From a virus, in the UHGV virus genome UHGV-1374671: a stretch of DNA of 64,000 nucleotides. The stretch is one strand, 5' to 3'. Both the position numbers and the translations under genes were made by a program. Shown piece by piece: positions 41,096 through 49,286 of the stretch. Every line of letters starts with the position of its first letter. The stretch's first letter is position 1. A model generated the notes under the pieces. It made no database searches. It had not been told where the DNA came from and worked only from the letters and a program-made list of their open reading frames with translations.

Positions 41096-42013
41096 ATGAA
41101 CAACTTGAGTGACAGCTGTTTCGCATACCAGTCCATGCGAAAATATCCGATCCATACCAAAGAGGCCGCGTGTAACTCGTATCAGGAGTTTTCCAAAGAG
41201 GCGAGCTGCTATCCGAAAGCGCTGGCCGACTCCATTAAGAAGCGCTTTCAAAAGGCCGCAGAGTATCACGAGATCGATCTGGAGTCCCTCACCAAGGAGG
41301 CTTCAACCACTCCCAGGGAAACGATCACCTTCAAGGGCGTTGATGGCAACATTACGATGTCCAAAATCGCGTCCGCAAGCGACATTCCGGCTGCAATGGA
41401 GAAAATCCTGGAATACAGAGCGGTAACCAAGCGAGCCAACCTCCAGGAGGCTGCAAAGTACGTTATTTGGGCTGCTGCGAACACTGATTTCGACATGGAC
41501 TCCGATGACATGCGCAAAATTGCCCATATCGCAGGGCTGGGAGTCGGTGACCGGGAGCAGATCCAGGCAGAATTTGAGAAACGGGCCACTTTGAACATTC
41601 TGGATGGCGAATCCAAGGACGCGTTTTGGAAATTTGCTTCCGAATTGAAGGATCTCAGCGACGAGGACTTCTATTCCGAGGGCAATTTGAACAAAATGTG
41701 CTCGATTTTGGAAGAAATCGACACGCTGTACGACAATACGCACAAGTACGGAACCCAGCTCAAGCGGCCTGAGGATATTGTTTTTGCCCAGACCATGGAC
41801 GATCTCATCAAAGAAGCGCATGATCTGCTCCTGATCCCGTCCATCGACGCCACAATCAGCAAAACGGCGCTCCTGGAGCGTGCCGACAAGGCGAATTCCT
41901 TCTTCAAGACCTATCTTGGACAGGAAAAAGAACTCTCCGGAGACGATTTGTTCGGAAAAGTGGCGTCTCTGGATGCTGAAATCGCAGCCGCGCTGCTGGA
42001 AAGGATCGCATGA
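41096..42013 (+). CDS. hypothetical protein (305 aa)
   Basis: ORF. Confidence 0.5.
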   Translation: MNNLSDSCFAYQSMRKYPIHTKEAACNSYQEFSKEASCYPKALADSIKKRFQKAAEYHEIDLESLTKEASTTPRETITFKGVDGNITMSKIASASDIPAAMEKILEYRAVTKRANLQEAAKYVIWAAANTDFDMDSDDMRKIAHIAGLGVGDREQIQAEFEKRATLNILDGESKDAFWKFASELKDLSDEDFYSEGNLNKMCSILEEIDTLYDNTHKYGTQLKRPEDIVFAQTMDDLIKEAHDLLLIPSIDATISKTALLERADKANSFFKTYLGQEKELSGDDLFGKVASLDAEIAAALLERIA

Positions 42014-42630
42014 GCGAGCTTCCGATCAACAAAGACACGTTTGTGACCACCATGGCGCTGCTCGGGGTGCGCGAACTGGGGCTGGAATCCCTGGACTGGG
42101 AGCCGGAAATCCTCAGAGACGCCTTCGAGGACGCCTATGGGATCAAAAAACTGTCCCAAAAGCTGTTCGACAAGCTGAACTGCGGGTATACGCTGATCGG
42201 TACTGACTCGTTCACGTCGTCCATAGAGGCGTTTCTGGCGGCTACGGCGGTTATGAACAACCGCGTGTTCGAGGCGGACGAGATTCCCTACTGTACTTTT
42301 GAGATGTGCGCCTGGAGCGTGTGGGAATACATCAACCTGATGGGCGACATCGAGGACGGGAAACCAACTGATCAGTTCAGTCCTGACATCATTGAGTACA
42401 TTCGCCAGGCCGCAAACGAGAACGGGATCTCCAGATTCCCCTTGTGGCTAAAGTTTGCGGAGCCAGAGAACAACCTTCCTGACCTGTCCGGCGACATCGA
42501 CCAATTCGAGATGTATCAGGAGCGACAAAACGACCGTATCAGTGACATGAATGGGTTCGTTACCAAGCGTCAGGAAGATCTTACAGCTGAACTTACGAAA
42601 ATGCAGGAACTTGGTTTTCTGGGGAACTGA
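42010..42630 (+). CDS. hypothetical protein (206 aa)
   Basis: ATGA overlap. Confidence 0.5.
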   Translation: MSELPINKDTFVTTMALLGVRELGLESLDWEPEILRDAFEDAYGIKKLSQKLFDKLNCGYTLIGTDSFTSSIEAFLAATAVMNNRVFEADEIPYCTFEMCAWSVWEYINLMGDIEDGKPTDQFSPDIIEYIRQAANENGISRFPLWLKFAEPENNLPDLSGDIDQFEMYQERQNDRISDMNGFVTKRQEDLTAELTKMQELGFLGN

Positions 42631-42631
42631 C

Positions 42632-43057
42632 ATGATCAAACTTACCTACACGAAAGTGGCTGCTCTCAGGAAGTTGGCTTATGGCGGGGATATGGGAGAC
42701 GGTTCCTATTACGACCGCACGTACATCCCGCTTCCAGGACTGGATGAGTGGGACCCGGAGCTGAACAAGGAGTATAACAACGCTGATGCGCTCATCAAGG
42801 AGCTGGACAGTTGGCTCCCGATGTACAAAAGACATCTCAAGTCCTTTGCCAAGGACCCGGACAACTCCGTCATGGTCAGTCAGCACGCATACAACGTGAA
42901 CGACAATGGGGACGTGGACGAAATCCCTCTGTCGGAGTGGGTGGCCCGCTACAATGCTGCCAAAAAGGCAAAAGATCCGAAAGCGCTGCGGGATATCGGC
43001 TCATACGCCTTCTACAGGTACGCTGAGCCCAGGAAGAAATTTCTGGGCATTTTCTAA
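42632..43057 (+). CDS. hypothetical protein (141 aa)
   Basis: ATG overlapping stop TGACATG. Confidence 0.45.
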   Translation: MIKLTYTKVAALRKLAYGGDMGDGSYYDRTYIPLPGLDEWDPELNKEYNNADALIKELDSWLPMYKRHLKSFAKDPDNSVMVSQHAYNVNDNGDVDEIPLSEWVARYNAAKKAKDPKALRDIGSYAFYRYAEPRKKFLGIF

Positions 43058-43146
43058 CGAAAATAGCTTAAAATCGCCCACTTTTAGGGCATAATAAGGT
43101 GGATGGAATTTAACATCCGGTTGCTGGGACCTTAACCGGCTGATCT

Positions 43147-43179
43147 GCTCCTTCTCATCGAAGGAGCGTTTTCATTTTT
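43147..43179 (+). terminator. rho-independent terminator ending the long plus-strand operon
   Basis: GCTCCTTC-TCATC-GAAGGAGC followed by GTTTTCATTTTT. Confidence 0.7.
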
Positions 43180-43300
43180 ACACTGGCTTGATTTGATCGG
43201 TGATTCGCCGACCGTGTTGATCGTCACAAAGCGGTACTGAAGTCGCAGCATGACGAACTGGATCCTGGTCAGGAACCGTTCTGAGAATCAGACGCTCATC

Positions 43301-43332
43301 CTTCCCAGCCTCGCTTGCGGAGCTGGGAAGGA
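43301..43332. repeat. 10-bp inverted repeat CCTTCCCAGC...GCTGGGAAGG with 12-nt loop
   Basis: seen directly. Confidence 0.6.
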
Positions 43333-43465
43333 ACATCGTCTCTCAAAGAGTAAACTCTTCGAGTGAACTCTTCGAGTGAAGCGACACGCTTCAGATTCCC
43401 AGAACTTACTTCCGACCAGGATCCATATTTATACTGCGTGAAGCCAGATTTTCTGATTTGAGTTG

Positions 43466-43482
43466 TCCTATGCTTCGTAGGA
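43466..43482. repeat. hairpin family member 1: TCCTA-TGCTTCG-TAGGA
   Basis: 5-bp stem, invariant 7-nt loop. Confidence 0.6.
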
Positions 43483-43696
43483 TTGAATGTTTAGTGCGTG
43501 AATGCATTGAAATTACAATCGTTCTTTCACACGCAGCGAACGGGATCCCTTCGTTTCCTTCCTCGGTAACGGCACGCCGTTACCGGATACGTCAACGAAA
43601 GGGATCCCTCACGCTGCATTGTTCATTCTCAGACTGCAAGAAATCAGAACAGCCGGTACGTTGGGGCTGTAAATCCAATGAGCAAACTGGAACTTT

Positions 43697-43713
43697 GCAT
43701 ATGCTTCGTATGC
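43697..43713. repeat. hairpin family member 2: GCATA-TGCTTCG-TATGC
   Basis: 5-bp stem, same loop, different stem sequence. Confidence 0.6.
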
Positions 43714-43937
43714 TGATGAACCTGGTAACTGACACCAGTAAGTATCGATGTGACATGGGCTGCGCTCTGAGTCGCGATCTGTTCACCGGGCTTAAAACTC
43801 GCAGCCTGGCGGCTGCGTGTTCACAGCCACGTTCACAAACGCGACTCAGAGCGCTTTTCGCCCTTGTCTTGAATATGTCACCGCCATCAATAGCAGTTTG
43901 CATTTTCTACTCCAGATATAAAATCCTCTATGACCCG

Positions 43938-43954
43938 GTATGTGGTTCGCATAC
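43938..43954. repeat. hairpin family variant: GTATG-TGGTTCG-CATAC
   Basis: loop variant TGGTTCG. Confidence 0.45.
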
Positions 43955-44290
43955 AAGCCCAGCAGTCAGATTTGCCTGTTGAAATGTGAAACCCTGCGAG
44001 AACCATGAACCTTCCTGGAAGTGGTTTTCCAGGAAGTTCATTTCGTCTCGCTGTCTCGGGTTTCAGATAGAGGTGTGTTTGTTGAATTTCTGTATGATTC
44101 GTACAGGTGATGTAGTGTACGACTGTCCATGTAAACAGCATGGTCGTTACCACTATTACGACTCAACTGGACCTACCGTCTGGCGCCCGCTACCTTAACC
44201 GGAATGCGAGGCGCCTGACGACGGTCCATTGAGTCTACATAGTTATAACAACCGCTTCAGAACAAACACCGTCCTTACTGATTTTGAATT

Positions 44291-44309
44291 TTGCCGTGCT
44301 TCGCGGCAA
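44291..44309. repeat. hairpin family member 3: TTGCCG-TGCTTCG-CGGCAA (preceded by TTGAATT)
   Basis: 6-bp stem. Confidence 0.6.
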
Positions 44310-44475
44310 TGTGTGCGGCACCAAATCCAGTGTCGGAAACAAGGTTCTGCATACAAACCGGCTCCCTCCTGAATTTCTGCCTTAGATGCGGGGATCGCCC
44401 CCGCATCTACAGCCAAAATTCAGCGGGTTCCGGCTTGACTTTGAACCATTAGAAAATCAGTCGATTACTTGAATT

Positions 44476-44494
44476 CTTTGGTGCTTCGCCAAAG
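44476..44494. repeat. hairpin family member 4: CTTTGG-TGCTTCG-CCAAAG (preceded by TTGAATT)
   Basis: 6-bp stem. Confidence 0.6.
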
Positions 44495-44666
44495 TGCGCG
44501 TATGTCTGGAATACGTGTTTAAACAAGAATGAGCTTGCATCAGTACGACGACCAGTCATGCAGCGCCTTCGTCTTCTTTCAGAAGTACAAAGGACGCATG
44601 CAGACTGGCGTCTCCCTATCCCCAAGCATATTCTTCAGAAGTAATCAAATTACGCGAATTGACTAG

Positions 44667-44683
44667 GTCAGTGCTTCGCTGAC
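44667..44683. repeat. hairpin family member 5: GTCAG-TGCTTCG-CTGAC (preceded by GAATTGAC)
   Basis: 5-bp stem. Confidence 0.6.
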
Positions 44684-44858
44684 ACGGGAAAACGTAGCGG
44701 CATCCCTGATGGAGTAATGACGTTCATTTACCTGCAGGATACCAGCCTACACGAACACATCGATCCCTTGGCTTCCGTCGAGCTTCGACGAAGCTCAGAC
44801 TCCACCAAGGAGATCTTATGTTATTCGTTACGGCCTGGACACCTGCTGGCAATTCATC

Positions 44859-45239
44859 TCATTTTGAATTCGCGTTCTTTCCGGCTTCCCGTTTCTCGAA
44901 TTCAAGCGCGACAGCGGGAATCGGCATGTTCAGCTTTCTGCGTTGCTCACAGGCCTCCAGAATGCGTATGCGGAAGTCCTTGGCGATGTCCGCCAGCGTA
45001 TCCCATCCTCTGATCCCGTACCTGAAATAGTGTGAGACAGTGAGCTGGGTGTCGTTGTACTTCTCGATAGCCTTTCCAAGCGGGAAGATCACGTCCCGCT
45101 GGCCTTGCCTTCCACGAAGCACGATATCGCCGTTCACAGCCTCCAGTAAACCGATTCCACCAAAGGTCTGCGTGGAATCCTGCAGACTGGAATATCTGTC
45201 TGCTTTCGGCTTTCCTGCTTCTTTTTTTACATTGTCCAT
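44859..45239 (-). CDS. hypothetical protein (126 aa), downstream of terminase on minus strand
   Basis: minus ORF; possible HTH; not assigned as the terminase small subunit because it follows rather than precedes the terminase large-subunit gene. Confidence 0.4.
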   Translation of the reverse strand: MDNVKKEAGKPKADRYSSLQDSTQTFGGIGLLEAVNGDIVLRGRQGQRDVIFPLGKAIEKYNDTQLTVSHYFRYGIRGWDTLADIAKDFRIRILEACEQRRKLNMPIPAVALEFEKREAGKNANSK

Positions 45240-45250
45240 GCTGGCGCTCC

Positions 45251-47086
45251 TTATATGAACTGGTTGTCAGGTGTTATTACGGATGCTCTCAAATCCACGG
45301 CTTCCTTGAAGCGCTCGAAATCCCCTCTGGGACCAAACACTTCGTCGTCCATGATCTTGTTGTGGTTCTCGTCGAAGTCCAGTACGGACGCGTCGTATCT
45401 GGAGCCGATTTTGGGATATGCTCCGAAGTGGTCCCATATCTGGGAGCATCCGAAGTTGACGGCATGCGCGAAGTCGTCAGGCGCTCCCGGCTTCTTGATG
45501 ATCAGCACGACGGTTTCGTTCCCCATGGACTTTCTGGGATCCTCCCGAAGGGCCAGCAAATCGCGCTGGAAGGCCTTCTCATCGGTTTCGGCGAATCCGG
45601 GCAGTCTGACCCGGGTTGCCTTGATCGACATCACTGTGATCGCCAGAGAGCGGCTTTTATCAAGGGTGTAGTAGTACAGGTCCGACTCACGCATCCCGGT
45701 ATGGGGAACCATCACATCCCCGGCACGGGGCCTGACGTAGTTGATGGGAATGACGATCAGCCCGGGAATGTCCCGCAGCCCCTGGTGGTTCATGATCTCC
45801 AGCCGGGCGAACCCGGCCCCGCCGTTGTCGTAAGTGAAGGCGTCGGCACCGGTTCCCCGTATCCAGTCCATGATCTCGTTCGCTTCATCGGTAGGAGTGA
45901 CGCCGTGCTTGATGCGCTTCCCGTACAGCACGTCGATCACGTCCGAATCCCGCCGCAGCCCCAGCACGGCATACGCGGTGTACGAATCGCTGACCATGGA
46001 ACCGCCTGACCAGTCCACCGCAACCGTGATGTACGAGTACAGATGCTTCAGCCCACGTACATCGGCAGGACGCTGCACGGAGATGTCATGCGTGGCCTTC
46101 TGCAGGTCGGACATGGTCAATGGGCTGGTGGCCGCATCGTAGGGCCACCCGAACACTTCGTTGTACAGCGCCAGCGGCGCATAGTTCTCGATCTTGTCCA
46201 GCAGCTTGTTCCACTTGTCCTGCGACAGGATGTGAAGCGGGTGCACTGTCTGCGAGATGTGATATCCGGGAAACGACAACTGGCGTTCCGGTCTGGCGTG
46301 CACGTATCCGCCGTTCTTGGGAAACACCGGCTTTCCGCAGTGGGCGCATACCGGGCCGTGCTTGCCGATCATCTTCAGCAGGTGCTGTTCCGGGTTCGGG
46401 ATGTTGAACTTGTTGCAGTGCTCGCAGCGGATCACCCACTCGGCCTGGCTGGAGCGGTTCCACAGCAGCGCCAGTGTGGTATCGGTGGTTTTGGGTGTTC
46501 CGGTGTACCGGGCGAAGCCCCAGAAAATCGAGGCCGACATCATCTCGTTACCGATGTCAATGAACTCGTACTCAATGTCTTGCACTTCATCCCACGTGGT
46601 GCTGGCCACGTTCGAGATACCGCGAGCCCGATCCGGTGACTCGAACATATGTTCTGCATAACACATGGATCCATTTTTAAATTCGCGTAAAGCCATTTTC
46701 TGCAATTCCGTGCTCTGAATGAACTGGGTTCGGATAGGGCAGGAGGAAAGGAGGGGTCTGTAAACAGTATTCACTAAACGCTGCACCTGGTCCGCTCTGG
46801 GCTGGATCAGCACTGTGTGGTAGTAGGGAATCAGCATGTTCCTGAGTCCGATATCGGCGGATATGCTGTACGACTTACCAAGCTGGCGGCCGCACATGTA
46901 AACAGAATGGGGAGACTGGACTGTGCTGAACATCGGTGCGAACTGATAGTGCAGATGCAGCGTCATGGGCTTTCCATTCAGCCGGAACAAGCATAGGAAA
47001 GGGATCAACGTCTTCAGTGATCCCTTCCTGATCTTATCGTAGGCATCCGCAAAGATGCTGTTCAGTTTTGTCGTTGAATTCGTCAT
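45251..47086 (-). CDS. terL: terminase large subunit
   Basis: Walker A CGRQLGKSY, Walker B-like DEVQDIE, C-terminal RNaseH-like nuclease (VAVDWSGG...DNGGAG); 611 aa. Confidence 0.7.
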   Translation of the reverse strand: MTNSTTKLNSIFADAYDKIRKGSLKTLIPFLCLFRLNGKPMTLHLHYQFAPMFSTVQSPHSVYMCGRQLGKSYSISADIGLRNMLIPYYHTVLIQPRADQVQRLVNTVYRPLLSSCPIRTQFIQSTELQKMALREFKNGSMCYAEHMFESPDRARGISNVASTTWDEVQDIEYEFIDIGNEMMSASIFWGFARYTGTPKTTDTTLALLWNRSSQAEWVIRCEHCNKFNIPNPEQHLLKMIGKHGPVCAHCGKPVFPKNGGYVHARPERQLSFPGYHISQTVHPLHILSQDKWNKLLDKIENYAPLALYNEVFGWPYDAATSPLTMSDLQKATHDISVQRPADVRGLKHLYSYITVAVDWSGGSMVSDSYTAYAVLGLRRDSDVIDVLYGKRIKHGVTPTDEANEIMDWIRGTGADAFTYDNGGAGFARLEIMNHQGLRDIPGLIVIPINYVRPRAGDVMVPHTGMRESDLYYYTLDKSRSLAITVMSIKATRVRLPGFAETDEKAFQRDLLALREDPRKSMGNETVVLIIKKPGAPDDFAHAVNFGCSQIWDHFGAYPKIGSRYDASVLDFDENHNKIMDDEVFGPRGDFERFKEAVDLRASVITPDNQFI

Positions 47087-47316
47087 AATTGCCTGCCTGG
47101 TATGTGTTCACGCTCTGCTTACAGTAGACTTGAACACAAACCCAGGAGCACTAAGATGCTGGTACAGGCACAGAAGTATATGAGATCCAAACATGTGATC
47201 CCGGCAGACAGATACCTGAAGAAAGACTCTTTGGGAACGGACCGAACGCAGGAGACAAGGAGGCCTGACAGAACGGACGTCGTGTCTGTGCAGAAACCGA
47301 ACAAACAAAGATCACA

Positions 47317-47703
47317 TTGAGCAGAACACTCAACAACAAAGTATGGGCACTGATCGGTCTGCTGATCGCAGTGCCCGTTTTCATTTCACCGGTAACGGTT
47401 GTCCTGACCGTCGGAATCATGCTGTACTGCCGCGCCAACATGGCGCGCGCACTGAACCCGTGGATCAAATCCGGGCTCATGTTCGTACTGGCTGTTCTGA
47501 TGCTCAGCGTACTCAGCGCTTACGACCCGACGTGGAAGATCTGGTTCTGGACCGTGAACACGGCACTCATGCTGACCGTCTGCATGCACTTCATCGGGGG
47601 CATACTGGATGAAGCCAGGAACAGAAGGGAAACCAGAAGACTCGACTCGGAGGTCGTGGATCCTGAGTGGTACAATCCGAAGACCGGTAAGTGGGAACGA
47701 TAA
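47317..47703 (+). CDS. small multi-pass membrane protein (holin-like?)
   Basis: 3-4 predicted TM helices; 128 aa. Confidence 0.45.
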   Translation: MSRTLNNKVWALIGLLIAVPVFISPVTVVLTVGIMLYCRANMARALNPWIKSGLMFVLAVLMLSVLSAYDPTWKIWFWTVNTALMLTVCMHFIGGILDEARNRRETRRLDSEVVDPEWYNPKTGKWER

Positions 47704-47934
47704 CCTGATTCAAATGCAGGGCTCTGGAGGCCGGGATAGGTCTTACCCATACAATGAGAGGGGTAACGACCTAAGTCGCGCCACAGGGCCCTTTCCGTTG
47801 AATTCTGGGCATTTTGGACGACTACTGACGAAATTCATTGCAACGACAGTATCCGATCATGTCATTTTCAACATGCCTGGCAACAGGCGGAGAACAACAA
47901 GAGAAAACCATGAAGAAATTCACTTAGTAACGCC

Positions 47935-47962
47935 TAAATTAGACGCGTCTAAAAAATTTTTA
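47935..47962. terminator. palindrome TAGACGCGTCTA followed by AAAAAATTTTT (bidirectional terminator-like)
   Basis: seen directly. Confidence 0.4.
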
Positions 47963-48128
47963 CAAGAAAGAAGTGATCAAGAAAGAACTGGGTGCGAGAA
48001 TCCCCGCACTGTCCACGGCAAATCATCTGAGGATCCTTGCGAGCACTGCTTGGTTCACGGGGCTTGAGGGCAGTTCCGGCATAGCCCGACAAGACCCCCA
48101 CAAGTACGGTATACCCGGCACGCCTAGT

Positions 48129-48150
48129 GTACTTAAATAAATTTAAGTAC
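48129..48150. promoter_or_regulatory. AT-rich perfect palindrome GTACTTAAAT-AA-ATTTAAGTAC (operator-like)
   Basis: 10-bp arms. Confidence 0.4.
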
Positions 48151-48184
48151 CTTAGTCGCGCCCGTGCATACGTACACGTGAGAG

Positions 48185-48660
48185 CCAGTCCAGCCATGGC
48201 GGAGCTCTCCCCTCCCCCATGACCAATCAGCGCCGCAGGCTCTCGAGACGATTTCCGCCGGGACGGCGGAAATTCTCGCCGCGTAGCGCGCGCTAGCGCG
48301 CTGAATGCGCACGCGCAGGCGCGATAGAAGATCGCGCGATCTTCTACGCGCGCCTCCCCGGCGCATACCTGCGGATCTGCGCACGCATTATGCGTGCGCT
48401 ACCCGCATCGCAGGACTTGCGCGTGCGCATTATGCCTGCCGCCCGAAATACCGCACGCCTTGTAACACGCGAAACTGGTGATGCGCTTGCGCATACCGCG
48501 CAGCGCGCGAGGATGAAGCCCGGTCCAGCGCCTGACGAAGCCTCCAACCTGCGGTATACCCACCCTTGCCCCTTCGGGCACAACCGCTAGCGCGGTTGCC
48601 AAGGCATTGGGGATAACGCAGGTTTCGGCTTCTAACCCAGCCATGCCTGCTGACGCAGGA
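48185..48660. repeat. GC-rich non-coding island containing at least five distinct perfect palindromes, flanked by 9-bp direct repeat CCAGCCATG (48190 and 48637)
   Basis: palindromes TTTCCGCCG-GGA-CGGCGGAAA, GCGCGCTAGCGCGC, AGAAGATCGCGCGATCTTCT, GCGCACGCAT-T-ATGCGTGCGC, AACCGCTAGCGCGGTT; only Arg-rich spurious ORFs. Confidence 0.55.
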
Positions 48661-48711
48661 TAGCTGGGAGCCAGAGGGTGGTTGGAAGAGAAAACTGACG
48701 GTCACATCAGG

Positions 48712-48830
48712 TGAAACGCAAATAGAGCGATTTTGAGGCCCACATAGCTGTCACCCCATGTCGTTGCCCGGTTTTGAGACCGATCGCCATCAGAAGGGCC
48801 TCAGAATTGATTTATCTGGTATTCGCACCG
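48712..48830. repeat. direct repeat copy A (~110 bp, starts CAAATAGAGCGATTTTGAGGCCCACATAG)
   Basis: 29-nt identical head then ~75% similar body vs copy B. Confidence 0.6.
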
Positions 48831-48885
48831 GATACCTGACCCGGCTTTCGCACCACCATCAGCTGATCCAGGTCTAAGCGCCGGT

Positions 48886-48960
48886 GAAAACACCGGATTC
48901 AGACGCCGGAAAACGACCGATTCAGCGCCAGGAGAACCACCGGATTCAGCGACCCTGTTC
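48886..48960. repeat. three spaced CCGGATTCAG/CCGATTCAG iteron-like repeats
   Basis: seen directly. Confidence 0.45.
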
Positions 48961-49007
48961 ACGACTGTTAATCCCTGCGCCAGGTTTTCATGCCAGGTTT
49001 ATCGGGA

Positions 49008-49125
49008 TTCAAATAGAGCGATTTTGAGGCCCACATAGATCGACCCCTAGTGAGAGCCCGTTTTCGACCACGTCGTCGATCAGAGACAGTCAGGAATCGA
49101 TTTATCGGGCATTTCCATCAAGTTG
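49008..49125. repeat. direct repeat copy B
   Basis: see copy A. Confidence 0.6.
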
Positions 49126-49286
49126 TTGATCCGGCAACTGTCCATCAGACCCGTACCAGGATGAAACCGGGTCGCCGACATGCGCTTCTCAACCGGGTTC
49201 AGGTTGTAGTGTATGTGCACGTCCGACGACCAGGTTCACGAGCCTGGTTATTTAGTCATAAAAAGTTTAACATAAGGAGGTTATAC

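Noticed and set aside
43058-44858. Possible tRNA genes in the long non-coding region (jumbo phages often carry tRNA clusters)
   Set aside because: No cloverleaf could be built. The 7-nt loops (TGCTTCG, TGGTTCG) do not match anticodon-loop (U33) or T-loop (TTCRANY) rules, and there are no flanking acceptor or D arms.
44859-45239. Terminase small subunit assignment
   Set aside because: The ORF lies downstream of the terminase large-subunit gene rather than upstream, and has no recognisable small-subunit motif. Left as hypothetical.
47609-48067. 152-aa plus-strand ORF
   Set aside because: Overlaps the end of the membrane-protein gene, has a low-complexity composition, and spans a terminator-like palindrome. 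Judged non-coding.
48133-48705. ORFs inside the GC-rich island
   Set aside because: Extremely Arg/Ala-rich translations in overlapping frames with no start context. The island is better explained as non-coding palindromic DNA.
49050-49286. Track ORF start at 49050 for sbcD
   Set aside because: An alternative-start artefact that extends through the repeat region. ATG 49287 has a perfect AAGGAGG RBS.
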